64,000 nucleotides of DNA from Paraspadella gotoi (GCA_051294375.1 CM119264.1:5087174-5151173), one strand, 5' to 3'; counted from the first letter of the stretch, positions 1 to 14,034 are shown. Translations and numbers: made by a program. The notes: a model not told the origin generated them from the letters alone.

Positions 1-3000
1 GCCATTGACGAGCACAAAACTAAGAAAGTAAGCAAACTGGACTACTGGGAGTTGGAAAATAAAAAATCTTAGCGATTTTTTCAATAGGGTAAAAAATCTA
101 AAGTCGTTATACCAGATAATTTAACTACAGTATTTGATCATTTAATTTACTCCTATTTAAAATCCGTGTTAAAGCTTCAAAATCATGGACCAGTCTTTCA
201 TTGTAAGTAAAATTATTATTTAGGGATCTGGGGCAATCCAGTTATCCAGCTATCCCTCCACATTTCCAATATAACTATTTTTAATTTTTAATCTATTTCA
301 AATATATCAGAAAAAAAATATTAGTCTTAAATTAATCAGTATTTCATTTAAAAAAATCATTGCTTCTAAATGGATAGCCCAATTTTAATAAAATTTATGC
401 CAAACTTATCATCTTTTAAAAACCTTTAAATCACTTTTAATTTTTTTTTTTAAAAATTCAAGTTTATAGGGGGAAATAAAGTGGGGCGTTTTTTTTGCAC
501 AGGACTGAACTTTGAACTTTTCTTTTCTCCTTTTTTGCAGATTTCGTTCCGTCCCAAAGCTCCCCCAGCATTTCGAGTATCTATTGGATCTTCTCATTGT
601 AGAAGCGGCGATGGTGATCAGCCTTCAGTTGACCAAATATCTCCTTGTCTCAACTGGGCTTACCAGCGACATGTGGCAGTGCCTCAGGGGTAATGCGTTT
701 CGGGAACTTTGTTGGACTTTGTAGGAGAAGCATTTACAATTTGATATATGGGAGTTAAATTAAGTAAGATTAAGATAGCAAAACATAAAAATGTGACAAC
801 TGATTACTGACTGAGGCATGAAAAGATAAAACGCAATACGCTCTTTTTACTGTATTATTTTTTCTTCCTTACGGACCTCCCTCATAATCCTATTTATAAA
901 TCTATCTAAATCTAACCGTTTCCCCTCATCTTTGTGCACTCACTCCCTTAATTCCACCCTCTGTTTACAGGCCTCCAATCATTCGCCTTCACTTTCTTTG
1001 CTGTCTTCTGCGTTGATCTCCTTTTCACGGGATTTCTTTTGTCCACCATTTGTGATTCATTCACGTTTTCCACTAGATCGTAAGTACACGTTAGTCAGTT
1101 ATTTGCGAGCTTTCTTTAGTTTGCTTTTATATCTGTCTTTCCATTGCTATTTCGTGGCACAGGTCACCAATCCTCCCACCAATTATCACAGGCAATGTCC
1201 ACTGTCCAAACTCAAATATTTTGTTAATTCTCTCTCATTCCCATCTCATGTTTTTTCTTCTTGCTCGCGATCTATATCCCTTCTTCCCTTTTTCTCATCA
1301 TCTCTTCTCTTTCAGGTACTACTTTGAAATCACCCGCTATCTGTTGGGTCTGACGCTTAGCCTCTTTGTCCCTAACTTTCTCTGTGGACTTGTGGAGGCA
1401 AAAGAAAGCCCTGTCGTTTGCAGGATGCGTGATGACACGATGCAAAATCACTTTGGCATCATTGTTAAGGTATGAGAACCGTAAACCTACAGGATTACTG
1501 ATGTTGGTCAATTTATCACAACAGTTACAATGTCCTTTTAAAAAAATTTGATGTGCGTTTTTCTGCAATGCACGCTTCCAAACTGCATCAATAGTTCCTA
1601 TCTCCCTCGTTCCCTCCAGTCTCTCTCGATCATTATGTGCCTCCACTTCTTACACCATTACGACTGCTGTCGCCGCCGCGATGCACTACGCGGAGTTCAT
1701 GTCATCAACCGCTGTCTGGTCCGACTTGTTTATGGACGCTTGGTAGTCAACGCTGCCATTTTGGCTGCCATTGCTTCTGTGTCTTTTGGCGAGCACCACG
1801 ATTTCAAGGTGCTTATTTTTTATATTAACGTTGGCTGTTGTGTTGTATAATTTCAGTATTTTCCTTTGTCATCACTGTCTTTAAAAGCTCAATGAATTAA
1901 CTACACTAATAAAAGATGTTGTTGTATACGCTATTATTATGAATCTACTATGAAATTAAATTCATTAGGGGCGGGGGTTCAAAACTTTAAAAAAGTTCGA
2001 TTTTAATGCTTTTATTATTGCTATTAAAATGACAATATTACTATATAATGATAAAAATTTTTTTTAATCAATCTTAACTTTTTTTGATAGATTCTGATAG
2101 AGCATAAAAAGTTAAATAAAAAATATCACTACAACTTTCAAAAATTTTTATGTTTTCTTGGTTAAAATTAAGAAAAAATAATAAAATTATCAAAAAATGA
2201 TGATGATGATGATTATAAATAGTTTTTCATATTTTTCACACACTTATGATCAAAATATTGAAAAAAGAATTATACTTTGTGTAGACAACTTTTTGCAAGC
2301 TACCTGAATCTGATCTTAAAAATAAAAAAATCCTAAAAAAATTTTTAGCCTTTTCTATTTATAAATAAATATTAAAAAATTAATATATGGAATATGGAGT
2401 AATATTAAAATTTTTTGTCTATTCAAATTTTTTAAAAAATGTCTAAATTTTTGTTTGAGCAGGTGCTTAATTCAAATTTCTTAACCACCTTACTGAGTTA
2501 GGTTCCCCCTACTATTATTGCTTTATTGTTTTTATTCCCACGGTCAGGCTCTCTGCTTCCACATCCTTGTCCACTTAAAGATGCACCTCAACTTTTTGTT
2601 GGTAGCCGAATTCCGTCCTAAACTCTGCAGGAGGAAGAAGAAAAAAGCGTCGGTGAAGAAGATCCTAAATGTGAGAGATGGGGAGGTAGAATTGAAGTTG
2701 ATTTTATTTAATAGAGGATTTTGAAAGTACTGATATGTAGAAGGGTGATATGCTTTGCGTTATAAAAGAAAATAAATATTAGGTACTAGGTAGTGTTTTT
2801 TCCGTAGCCTATAAAAAAATTTTAGCTTCGTTATTAGATACCAAAGGTGAAGAAGATAGAGATGAAAACTTTTCCCGACATTTTTACCTTTCTTTTACTC
2901 TCTTTTCATCTCTTTTTTTTCACAGAATCCTTCCAACAGTCCACCAACTTCTCCTCGTTCCCGAACTTCTATTCCATCCCCTTATCGATCCCCAAAGACA

Positions 3001-3708
3001 TCGATTCACCCTTCTCCCCACAGATCCCCCCTTTCCTCATCACTTATCACCGCCTCTCCCTCGGTCCACGGGGGAGGATTAGATCACTCCCCCTACCAGT
3101 CTGTCCCTTCACCCTCTTCATCCTATCCTAACCATTCCCCCTATCGTTCTCCTTTTCGAAGCTCCTTTACCCCAAACCACAGCGCCCATTCTCCCTCTAG
3201 TCACCCTTCTCAATCCCCATATCGCTCTCCATTTCGCAATTCCTTTACTCCCAATCACAGCCCCCGCCCTCCACCTGGTCACTCGTCCAAATCCCCTCAT
3301 CGTTCCCCTTACAGGAACAGCCTAACCCAAAAATCCACTTACCCTTCCCAATCCCCTTATCGGTCTCCCTTTCATCACGCCATTACCTCTACTAAATGTA
3401 GCCCCCACTCTCCTGGTGAGGTTGAGCGCCCACGCCCCTCCCCGGGCTCCCGAAAAGCGGGCTCACTGCATCGGGCTTCAGGCGAAGAATGCTTGGAGGA
3501 TCGTCGCTCCTTAACGGGAACATGGTCGGGCTTGGATAAACGACGGGGCTCCGGTTCTGGCTTCTCTACGGCTACGGCGGCTGCCGGCTGGTGGAAATCT
3601 CCCGTCGGGCTTTCGCCAGGCAGAACCAGTGTCAATATTGGCATATACTGTGGCGAAAGGCCTATTACTCGTCACCTGCTGAAGAAACCTTCATCAGTTG
3701 GAGTGTGA
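1..3708 (+). CDS. 3' part of a spliced gene for an uncharacterised hydrophobic (likely multi-pass membrane) protein with a Ser/Pro-rich repeat tail; exons <1-27, 541-689, 971-1079, 1316-1469, 1620-1808, 2548-2670, 2926-3708
   Basis: All six introns are GT-AG, mostly with pyrimidine tracts. Phases chain 2,1,2,0,0,0 with no stop until TGA at 3706-3708. Joined protein reads ...KFRSVPKLPQHFEYLLDLLIVEAAMVISLQLTKYLL...GLQSFAFTFFAVFCVDLLFTGFLL...RRKKKKASVKKILNNPSNSPPTSPRSRTSIPSPYRSPK...KKPSSVGV*. The last exon is a 261-codon open frame of which the ORF track shows only the end. Exon 1-27 is the least certain. Confidence 0.8.
1965..2470. mobile_element. AT-rich dispersed repeat (MITE-like family A) within an intron
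   Basis: Shares TATACTTTGTGTAGACAAC...CTGAATC with 49330 and 55617, and a TT(C/T)TGATAGAGC motif with 56745 and 62915. Confidence 0.55.
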
Positions 3709-4789
3709 ACTTAATTTTTGCTCAAAAAAATCTACAAATATTTTTTATTTTAGATTAATAGTTATGAAATTAACATGTTTATTATGTGAACTTAGATAAA
3801 TTTCAAGCTACACCTTTGAGAATTTTAAGCTTGGTTTTCAAACATCTGAGCTCTCTGTATATCTCTAGCGCAAAAATTCAAAAATATTAGCTGTAATTAA
3901 TGATTTTTTTTTACTCCTGTCATTAAATAAAATTTACGTAACTTTGAACAAGAACCAGCAAGTTAAACTCGTTGTGCTGCTGTGTCTTTCTTCTGTGGAT
4001 GTTTCATGAAAATCTAGTGACTTTACAAGTGTGAAACATATGCACAAGAAGTATCTTATGGTTTATTACTTTTATGTGAGGTTTTAAGCAAGATAACCAA
4101 ATATAATATAAAATATGCCGTGACCACTGACCACACTACTTATTTACAAATTTATTGTCAATGAAAACCGTTGCAATTTTTAGACTATGACGTAACTTCG
4201 ATATACCGTTTGCAAAATCGCAGAGTGCAGTTTTTAATACTTATGGTTTTAAAGCCGTACATGCTTCGAAGTCTGAAACCTATGCACAAATAGCATTTAC
4301 CCTGCGGCAAAAAAAAAGCAGTTACTTTTTCACATTCACAACCGTATTAGATGGCTAAATTCTATAAACATATAAAAAACATAAAATAAAGCTTATTTAA
4401 AGTGGAAGCAATTAATTCAAGCCCCAATAAAATGGACTAAAGCGTTCGAAAGTTATATGACGACAAACTCGAATGGTACAAAAATAGTAAAAAAAAAGAA
4501 ATTAGTTTTCGTCTAAAAGAGTCAATGACTTTTCCCTATTAAAAAATAATTATATTATGATATTGTATGAAAAAATTCTGGGATAGGTATCAACTATTTT
4601 TAACCTAAATCAAAATAAAATAAGTAAGGAAACTATATAGAAAAACAATCAGTCAGAAAAAGAAGTATTATCAACTTAACCTCCAAAAATTATTTTTTCT
4701 CAATTCCGTTTTCTGACTCAGACTTTTAAAGTATTGCTATATTCTACTGCCTTAACCAATTTTTTTCATGCACCAATCGATTGCTTTAT

Positions 4790-4865
4790 AAACAAGTTTG
4801 AGCAGACAATGTCGGATCTGCCCACGATCATTATCGGTAATTAATTAATTAATCCGACTAAAAAT
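4790..4865 (-). mobile_element. minimal internally deleted DINE-1/HINE-like element
   Basis: AACAAGTTTGAGCAGACAATGTCGGATCTGCC (family 3' end, reverse-complemented) is joined almost directly to ATCCGACTAAAAA (family 5' end). Confidence 0.55.
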
Positions 4866-5296
4866 CTATACTTTTCATAAATATTTTTTCAAAATTAAAA
4901 AAGATATAGAAGGGTATTTAAAGCTAACAAGTGGCTACTTTTTTTTGCGCCGCAGTCTACAAATGCCTTATCAGTCTGCCGATTTTCAACTAAAATAATT
5001 TAAAATTTCAAGAATTTTGATGTGATCGCTTTTTAAGGTGAGTAGTATGCATATTATATAGAGCATATACTTTTGTAATATGAAAAAAGAATTATTTCAG
5101 TATTTAGTACTTCCAAAAAAATTTGGTAAAACTTACTTTGACGTTTAAAATCATATAAATGATAATTATGTTATTTGAATTTTTGCGTTTAAATAGCGAC
5201 ATTCAGCAATAAATAAATTCATTTTTGACAAATGTTGTTCATGAAAAGACCAAAATAATTGTAGTGAGTTAGTGACAGAACCGTTCAATATAAGCA

Positions 5297-5990
5297 GTAA
5301 GGAGGGCCAAAATTGATAACTTTTTATCATTAGGAGTTCTGTAATATAAAATTCATTTCTCCATCATATACTTACTTTTTTAACTTGTGAGGCATAGTAT
5401 AATATTGAAGCATTTAAAATATTTATCAATGTATAGTAAAGTGGAGCACTGGGGAACATAAATTTTANNNNNNNNNNNNNNNNNNNNNNNNNNNNNNNNN
5501 NNNNNNNNNNNNNNNNNNNNNNNNNNNNNNNNNNNNNNNNNNNNNNNNNNNNNNNNNNNNNNNNNNNNNNNNNNNNNNNNNNNNNNNNNNNNNNNNNNNN
5601 NNNNNNNNNNNNNNNNNNNNNNNNNNNNNNNNNNNNNNNNNNNNNNNNNNNNNNNNNNNNNNNNNNNNNNNNNNNNNNNNNNNNNNNNNNNNNNNNNNNN
5701 NNNNNNNNNNNNNNNNNNNNNNNNNNNNNNNNNNNNNNNNNNNNNNNNNNNNNNNNNNNNNNNNNNNNNNNNNNNNNNNNNNNNNNNNNNNNNNNNNNNN
5801 NNNNNNNNNNNNNNNNNNNNNNNNNNNNNNNNNNNNNNNNNCTGTAATATAAAATTCATTTCTCCATCATATACTTAATCACTATTCATTATCACTTTTT
5901 TAACTTGTGAGGCATAGTATAATATTGAAGCATTTAAATATTTATCAATGTATAGTAAAGTGGAGCACTGGGGAACATAAATTTTATTTA
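5297..5990 (+). mobile_element. MITE-like family A end, duplicated on both sides of an N gap
   Basis: AAGG(A/C)GGGCCAAAATTGAT..CTTTTTATCATTA.GAGTTCTGTAATATA also occurs at 44112 and, reverse-complemented, at 55800-55853. 5339-5467 is repeated at 5842-5990. Confidence 0.6.
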
Positions 5991-7017
5991 AGAGAACAAA
6001 CAAGGATATTAATTCGATCTAAAATTATCATTCTCAACGATTCACATATATAACTTATGTGATTGTATTAAATTCAATAATTTTTTAAAATATATTTTCT
6101 CCTGGAGACGGATGCCGCGCTCTCTTGACATCCATCATATGGGTTTTACAATATATTAATTAACACAGACTACCTACGATCTTATAAGGTTTCATGATAA
6201 AATATTTTGCATATTTTGTTTTTTCCATTTAGATTCTTCAATTGGCCTTTAACCATGGAAAAGAATTCTTTTCTTCTTGCTTTCGAAAGTATTTTTATTT
6301 ATTATAGATTTTCACTAAACCAATAATGAATTGTAACTGGTAGAAGTCGTCAAAGAAACAGTTTTTAAATCGCATAAGATTAGAAATTCTCTTTCCTTTT
6401 TTCAATTGGTTTGAGATCACTTCAAATATATAGAGGAAAATTTGACGGATTTTTGTTTTATTATTAGGTAAACAGACACATGTTAGAATAGACTGCTTTA
6501 GTTATCAGTAACATAATCAATCAAGAAAAAAAGATAATCGTAGGAATATGAAATATTTTGTGATTTTAAAACTCAATACTAATAAGAAAGAAGAAATCAT
6601 AATACCTTAATTCAAAAATTAACAAAATTTCTAATTAATCACAAGACTCGCTCCACTAATATATTAAGATACGAATCAAATTTGTTAAAATTTCACTAAT
6701 AATTTCAATCAATTTACTTATTATATTATTATTGTTATAAAACATTGCAACAGATTTGAAGTAGTAAGATTTTTTTTCTCAACTGTTTCTTTTCTTTCAT
6801 TTACTTCTCTCTCTCATCTCACTCTCTATCTCTCTCATTTTCATCTCTTTATTCAATACCATTCTTCCACTTTTTTAAAACTTAACTCCTGTCCCTCGTC
6901 CTCACCCTAATTGACCGCTCTTTTTCTACACTCTGTGTTGGGAAAAAACCTCTGCCCTTCGTTCTCTCTTCTCTCTGTTTTTCTTTTTTCTCCTTTTACC
7001 AATTTCTCTTCAATTAG

Positions 7018-7050
7018 CTGATGAGGGCTTTGAAATCAAGCCCAGTCTGT
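7018..7050 (+). ncRNA. degenerate minimal hammerhead motif (Penelope pLTR-type), GAAA lost
   Basis: CTGATGA-G-GGCTT-tgaaatc-AAGCC-C followed by AGTC. It lies downstream of a CT-rich tract and upstream of AAAAATCGTTG, like the other copies. Confidence 0.35.
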
Positions 7051-8204
7051 CTTTACTAGATAAAAATCGTTGGGCTACAAAACCCAAGTTCAAAATTTCT
7101 TTATTTGCGTTTAATTAATAGGTTAAATATTTCAAAAGTCAAGGTAGTAAGGTTATAGTTTGTGAATATATTTACTATAAATTCACTTATCCACATATAT
7201 ACAATTAAAATGATAACTGAGGCGACTTATCTAAAGAAAAAAAAGCTTACTGATAAGGTTAACAGGCACAAGATAACCTTTTGAGAAATCAGTTTTATAT
7301 CTCTAAGAAATACAAAAAAACTTTATTAGATCATTTTCCCAAACCCCTTCAACTTCCTGTTTTATGAGCTTAAATTTTATATTCTTTTTAAAAACACAAG
7401 CTATAGCCACCGAAATCCATTCAGGTTTTTATTAAATTCTAACACAAAAGATAATTTTAAAAAAAAGATAAATTAGTTACTCGAATTTATTTTTTAAGTT
7501 TTATAATAAAAGGATGTAAAAACACTTGGTATTTAGTATTATTGTAAATTTAGGGATTAGTTTTGGGGTTAAACTTCATTATTTTATGTTATTTTAATTG
7601 TCTAAATTTAAAATAGTAAAATTAGGAATTTTAAATTGTGTGCTAAAAAATTGGGAACCGACTTAATATTTAAAATACTCACTATCTCGCAAATAAATAA
7701 AAATCTTTGCATATGGACTTTAAAACAGTTTTTTAGCTCTTTTTAAGCTAACTATAAAATATTTTTTATAACTTAATAATTTTAGTGAGGTTCAAGTTAT
7801 TTTTGTGGCATTTAAAATCAATATTTCATACAAAATTATAACAATCAAAACACTTAAATATGCCGGAAAAAACATCACCTCCGGCTAGGGCCACGCCCAT
7901 AATGAATATATTTTTAATTTTAGTAAAACAAACAAGGGGGAATAAGCTACTGCGTGTTATTTTACCTAATAAATGGTGGAAAAATTTTAATATTATGGTT
8001 ATTAAAATACTTGTTATTTAAAAGATATATCATGTTTTCAACCATCAATTTTTTTTTGCATCGAAGTACTTGTTCATTTGACGCTCGATTGGTTTTGAAA
8101 AAACATTTTAACCTAAACAGGCTTTAAAATCAAATTTAAGATAAGAATAAGGGAAAACCAGACCGAGTGAGAACTTAGTATGAGGTTTTACCGAGGCTGG
8201 GAAC

Positions 8205-8335
8205 TCTATGGGTCGTCTGCTTGGTTGACAGCTTGGTCGCCTGCTTGGTGAAGCCTGGTCGTTTGGATGGTTGACAGCTTGGTCGCCTGCTTGGCTGATA
8301 GCTTGGTCCCCTGCTTTGTTGACAGCTTGTGTCGC
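8205..8335. repeat. 24-bp tandem repeat (~5 units; minus-strand unit CAAGCAGGCGACCAAGCTGTCAAC)
   Basis: GGTTGACAGCTTGGTCGCCTGCTT recurs on the + strand. Confidence 0.8.
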
Positions 8336-9074
8336 CTTCAGGAGACACAAGGTCGTCTGCTCCTGAGCTAAATTTTCCTTTTTTTCTCGCCAGTCTCATT
8401 GTTTGCGCCGCCGTCACGACGCCACGTGACGAGACACCGTAACATTGCGCCTTTTTTATCTCTTTTTTGTTGAAAAAGCGTCTCTTTCTCTCTCTCTCTC
8501 TCTCTTCTCATCTCTGCTCTCTCTCGTCTCTCTCTTTATCCTCCTTCGTTTTTTTTTCTTTTGTTTTTGGATAAAGACGGTCGGGGGGGGAGATACAGAA
8601 GGAGGGTAAGGAAGGGAAGATAGAAAGATAGAAGAGAAGAAGGGGCGTGCGAAAGGCGAGGAGGATACCGGAAAAAAGGGGAGGACAAGAAATTAATGGC
8701 AGAAGGAGAAAGATTGAAGGAAGATTATGAGAGAAAGAGGAAATAAAAAGGGAGAAATTATAAGGAAGATTTTAGAAGAAGGGAAAAGATTAGAGAATAA
8801 AAATGCTTTGGAAAATCCTAAAAGGAAAAGGCATGGCACAGGAGTAAGATAAAGCGTGGGGTTGGCATGAGAGGGTTTAGGCATGTCGGACGCTGCGAAG
8901 AGGTGAGGGGCTGGACAATGCAGACATGGTAGGCATAAGGGGTGGGGTTTAATTCAATTTTTCCGCATTTTTCTTTTGAAAGCTTTTTGTGTCGTTGGTG
9001 TTCGGCTTTTAATTCTACGAAAAATATTTTCAAAACAAAACTATTGAAAAAAACCAAATTAAAAAAAGGTTTTT

Positions 9075-9470
9075 GTGGATTACAGTTGAGGCCATTTTTT
9101 CTTTTTTATTCACAGTTGAGGCTTTTCTTTTTTGATTTACAGTTTGAGGCCGTTTTTTCTTTTGATTTGAGTTGAGGGCCTTTTTTCTTTTTGATTTCAT
9201 TGAGGTTTTTTGATTTACAGTTGCGGCTTTTCTTTGTTTGATTTAACAGTTGAGGGCCTTTTTTCCTTTTTTGATTTCATAAGTTGAGGCTTTTTGATAC
9301 AGTCGAGGCCTTTTTTCCTTTGATTTAAGTTGAGGCCTTTTTTTTTTTGATTTACAGTTGAGAACTTTTTTGATTTATAGTTGAGCCTTTTTTGATTTAC
9401 GTTGAGGCCTTTTTTATTTACAGTGAGGCCTTGTTTTCCTTTTTTGAGAATTTACGTTGAGGCCTTTTTC
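9075..9470. repeat. minisatellite, ~25-32 bp unit TTTGATTTACAGTTGAGGCC(T)n
   Basis: More than 10 imperfect tandem copies are visible. Confidence 0.85.
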
Positions 9471-9949
9471 CATTAAATCCTTGTTTCTTTGTTTCAAATA
9501 GCGGGTTTTATGTTCGTGTTATGTAATGTTATTTTCGGAGTGAATATGTACATTATATATTTTTTAAATGAGTGTATTTGTATCAGAAAAATCAAAATTT
9601 TAAATTTTATGGCAGAGAGAGCGAAGAGAGGAGAGGAGGGAAAATAGAGGCACAAGGAAGAGAAGAGAGAGACTCTTTCGCTTAGAAAGGCGACAATATA
9701 AAGGCAAAACTTGAAAGGTTTTTTTCGTCTATAAATTTATTTCTTTTGATGGAGAAGAAAATATCGAAGATGAGCGAGCAATATTTGCAAGCTACGCCGG
9801 CCGCCGCCTTCCGCGCTCGCCGCCTACCCTTCCCCGCTCCCGGCGCCGCCGCCGCGCCGCCTCCCGCCGCCTCCGCGCCGCCGCCGTCCCCGCCGCCGCC
9901 CCGCCTGTCCGCCGCCCTCGCCGCGCTTCTGCATCATCGGTTTTTCATT

Positions 9950-10780
9950 TTTAGTCGGATCTGCTTATCAGAAAATTCGCACTCTATACTCACTTTGGTG
10001 TCGCTTCGGGTCGTCCGGGCCCCCTCCATCTTGTTGGGCATTCATTTATATCATGTCAGAACATAATATATGATAATTACTGGCGAAAAAAATTGAATGT
10101 CCGCGTCCTTCTGATCTGTTGTCCTCCGTGTCCGGCTGTTTGTCCCCCCTTTACAAACTCAAATTATTTAGATTGTATGATTGGTATGTGTGTGGTAGGA
10201 AGTGTAGTGATTTGAGCTTGGATATCAAGTTTTGATAGAATGGTGGAGTGGAATGAGTTAAATGGAAAAATTTCACGATTTTTGAATATTTTTACTAATT
10301 TTAACCCATCAATTACTAAAAATTATTCAATAATTAAATAGATAGAATGTAGAAGAAATTTTGTGTGTATAGGTAGGAAAGTGTGTGATTGAGCAGAAAT
10401 ATAACGTTCAGATTAATCAAGGAAGTAGAAATGAGTTTGCATAAGAACCAAAGTCAATTGATTTGAATTTTTAGTTATTTATGCTACTCATGAAATTATT
10501 TAATTAGTTATCAATTGATTATATACAATTTAAAAATTATGCAGTTGAAATATGCGCGAATTGAAAGGTTGAAAAATTATAATCAGAGATAGAAAATTTA
10601 TTTTGTTTGTACCCATTGTTCCAGCGGGTTTTAGCATGTATTCAGGCGAGCAGCACACAATTTGGTTGGCAGTGGTAGATCTGTTATCATACTTGCAGGA
10701 AATTATCTGGATTAGGCTGATTTACGGCTTAATTATCGTAGGCAGATCCGACATATGTTTGCTCAACCTGTTTTTATTGA
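9950..10780 (+). mobile_element. DINE-1/HINE-like non-autonomous Helentron derivative (family B), diverged or noisy
   Basis: 5' TTTTAGTCGGATCTGCTTATCAG; central GTGTGTGGTAGGAAGTG repeats; 3' ATCGTAGGCAGATCCGACATATGTTTGCTCAACCTGTT, containing the subterminal inverted repeat GTCGGATCTGC/GCAGATCCGAC. Confidence 0.7.
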
Positions 10781-13700
10781 AAAACTAAAAAAAGATCTGT
10801 TTTCGCTTCCTCCTCACCACAAATGGAACGCTTAAATCTCTCGTCTTGAACCTATCTATCTCTGCTCTCGCGATCTTTAACTCGAATCAGTACTATTGCT
10901 GTCCTCCCATGATGTCGCATCTTTTCTAATCTTCGATGCATATCCCTCGTTTCCTCTTCTCTCGTCTCCCTCCCCTTTGATTCTGCTACTCCCTTCAGTA
11001 TTCCCTGTTTCCTGATCACTCTGCCGCTCTCTCATAATCTAGTTCCCGACTTGCAGCCATAACTACGCTTGCCGCTGCGCACTCTCCTCCGCCGCTTTCT
11101 TCACGTAGTTATGCTTCTCGAAGCCCTGCTCTCTCTCTCTCTCCTCATCTCTCTGTCCCTGCTCCTTTTCCTATTCTCACTGTCCACAAAAAAATATCAT
11201 TTTTTACTTTCGAATGGCGAACATCTTCTGTATATCAGTGAGTCCAGGCTCGGCTGAATTTTAATTCACAGCTCTTTTCCTGGCCAAAAATTTTATATCT
11301 GTGCCTTTTTACTCTGTCTGATACTCCTTGCCTTCTTATCGGACAAGTAGGGCTTTTTTTTAACCACCTGTTTTATTGGTAGATCGGACGATAAAATTGT
11401 AACAAAATTGAGAGACTGCCAAATAGCTAAACGGTACAATTTTCTATGCACTATCGTCTTGGACTTCTGTTACCTTGTTGAAATTCGGTTATCATCACAC
11501 TCATTGTCACACCAGAGTCCAGGGCTAGGTTTACCTACTTATTTTTCCAGTTTAAGAGGAATTTAAGAGCAACAACGCATAATCGTCTAAATCAGAATGA
11601 CAAAACAATCTGTTTCTAGTTTTTGGTATTACATTTTGTGCTGTGATTGTTTGCGGTTTAGAGATCTCAAGGGACATTTTGGGAAAGCATCGTTCTAAGG
11701 AACTTTAGGTTATTTTTTAAAGAGAATTGTGAACTTTAGAGCTATATAAAATGATTTTTATTAATTAAAAGTTGGAATATTAGTAATGTATCGGAAAAAA
11801 CAACATTTGTTTGGAGAATGATAATAGCGAACTGAGAAATAATTTTGTTTTTGAGAAATCAATGTTTATGTTGCCAATCGATTATTGTCACTCTGATGTT
11901 TATTTTTTGATTTATTTATCTTTTTATGCAATTATATTCTCGTGAGTCTGGGCTGAGAAAAAATTTTTTTTTTAATTGTTTCGTTTTTTTCTTTTTTTTT
12001 TTTTGTTCTATTAGAGATATTGCAAGAGGAATTGGAGGACAGTTTCTTATACATTTGCTATTAATTTATTATGAATCATTGGCTTTGAATAATACATACT
12101 GTAATGTGTGTATGGTAATTGATACGGAGTGAGCAAGTGATGGTTTAGTAAGAGTTGATGCAGGAAACAAGAGAAGCGACATACGAGAGAGTGAGGCACA
12201 AGAGTGAGAGCTCGAGAGCAAGCTAAAAGTGATGAGAGAAATCTGATCTGGTCTGTTTTAAGATGCAAGGTTGCACGTTCGAGGCTACCACAAAAATACT
12301 CTTTTTTTTCTCCGTAACCAGGAGAGTCAGATAAGAAAGGAATTTACTGTGACTGACAGTGGAAATGGGGCATGGAGGAAGAGAAAGACAGAAAAAGAAG
12401 AGTCCAGCAACTGTTCGGACACAAGAGTGACATACAGATTACTCATATGGTAACTTTATGCCAGGACTCTAACTATTCGATCACCAGATACAAATGACCT
12501 ATGAATATGAATAATAGTAAGTGGTTGATTTATCAATAAATATCGTGTATTGCAGGACTACCCAATGGCCACCTTTATAAATTAAACCTAATATTCACAA
12601 ATGGAGGCACGTCTCATGATTCAATTGAAAAAATGACGCCACTAAAATATTAGCACTGAGGAGGGTAAATATGGAAAAACTTTTTGATAGTAACAATATT
12701 TCTGCCAGAAGTATTACCAAACCTCTTGAGTACGACACAGTTAGCCAAAATTTTAAGAAAAAAATTTAAAATATATTAGAGCTTAGCAGAGATTTTTTAT
12801 TATAAAAAAATTTATGGACCCAACTTTTTAAGCTCGGTTTTAAGATTATTCTTTTTGACTTGCTTATAATGGCATAGCCAGACAACCAGGCAACGTCCTA
12901 TAATCCTAAAAAGCCATTTATCCTATATAATGGAAAAGTTATCCCATGTGACCGCTCACATGAAGAGACATGTCGTTGGGATGAGTTCGCGAGGTAGCGG
13001 TAAGTAATTATAAAGGTTGAAGATTAGCTTCTTAGGCTTCTCAAATAAAGATCGACGCGTATTAGTTCAGGGACAAGATAAAAAGTGTTTGGCTAGCATC
13101 TTGCGTGGCTCTTAATAATCTCGTAGGCGGCATCTAAAATATATTGAAAAAACTACAATTAATTAATAAATTACAAATTGATCTTTTCTTCCTATTAAAA
13201 CCTACTTCTACTGCTTGATTCCAGTTGGATGGAATTCCAGCTCAAATGAACTAATTTTTAAATCAACAGACAAAATTTTCAACTCAATTGATTCATCAAC
13301 GCATAATGTAATAAGAAGTCAAAGGTACATGGAGGATGAAGACAGGAGCATATGAGACAGACATCAATGTTTGAAGTTTTGAATATTCAAACGACAGGCT
13401 TAAACAGAGGAGATTCCGATTGCATTGTTTTTTAGAGATAATGTTGTTTACACATGTTAAAGATAACCAATCTTCTTTTCTAGTGTTGAGAAGTTTATGT
13501 CAAGCATTTATGTACTTTAACTGGTATCTTGAGAGCTTTAAGGAGATTGTTCGATCTTAATTTTTCACTCATAATACATTCAGCGGAGCTCAATGCCCAC
13601 TAGGAATGAAGAAAAATAAAAAATGAAAAATCAACTGTACGGAAAATTATTTTTTCTTAACTGCATAGTTTTCTACGTAGACTGTACATCCGCGTCATAG

Positions 13701-14034
13701 TATCGTTAGTATATTTTAAAATGTTGTTTGTTCTAAATGTATACAGTCATACCTTTCTCCAAGTCGAGAGTGCGACCGCAGGTTTCTGAACATTTGAAAT
13801 TAAACACTCCAGTTTCGTTTTGTCTTATTCTATGAAAGGAAAATTTGATTTTGGCATGTTATTTTTAACACGTGCTAAATGTTTTTATTTATAACCAGGT
13901 CTTAGCTTAAATTTTAACCCCACCCAATAATTTTTAAAACCCTACAACCCCAAAGCTATCTGTAACCCAAATCCCCAATCTAAATCATCAACTAATTAAT
14001 GATAATAGATGTCAAAGGTATACTTTTACTCAAT

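Noticed and set aside
9075-9470. CRISPR-like repeats
   Set aside because: Units are separated only by T-runs; an ordinary minisatellite.
9746-10066. Pro/Ala-rich 106-aa ORF
   Set aside because: Derived from a (GCC)n tract running into a HINE 5' end; no splice support.
12300-13620. Degenerate coding sequence
   Set aside because: No recognisable motif or sustained frame on either strand.
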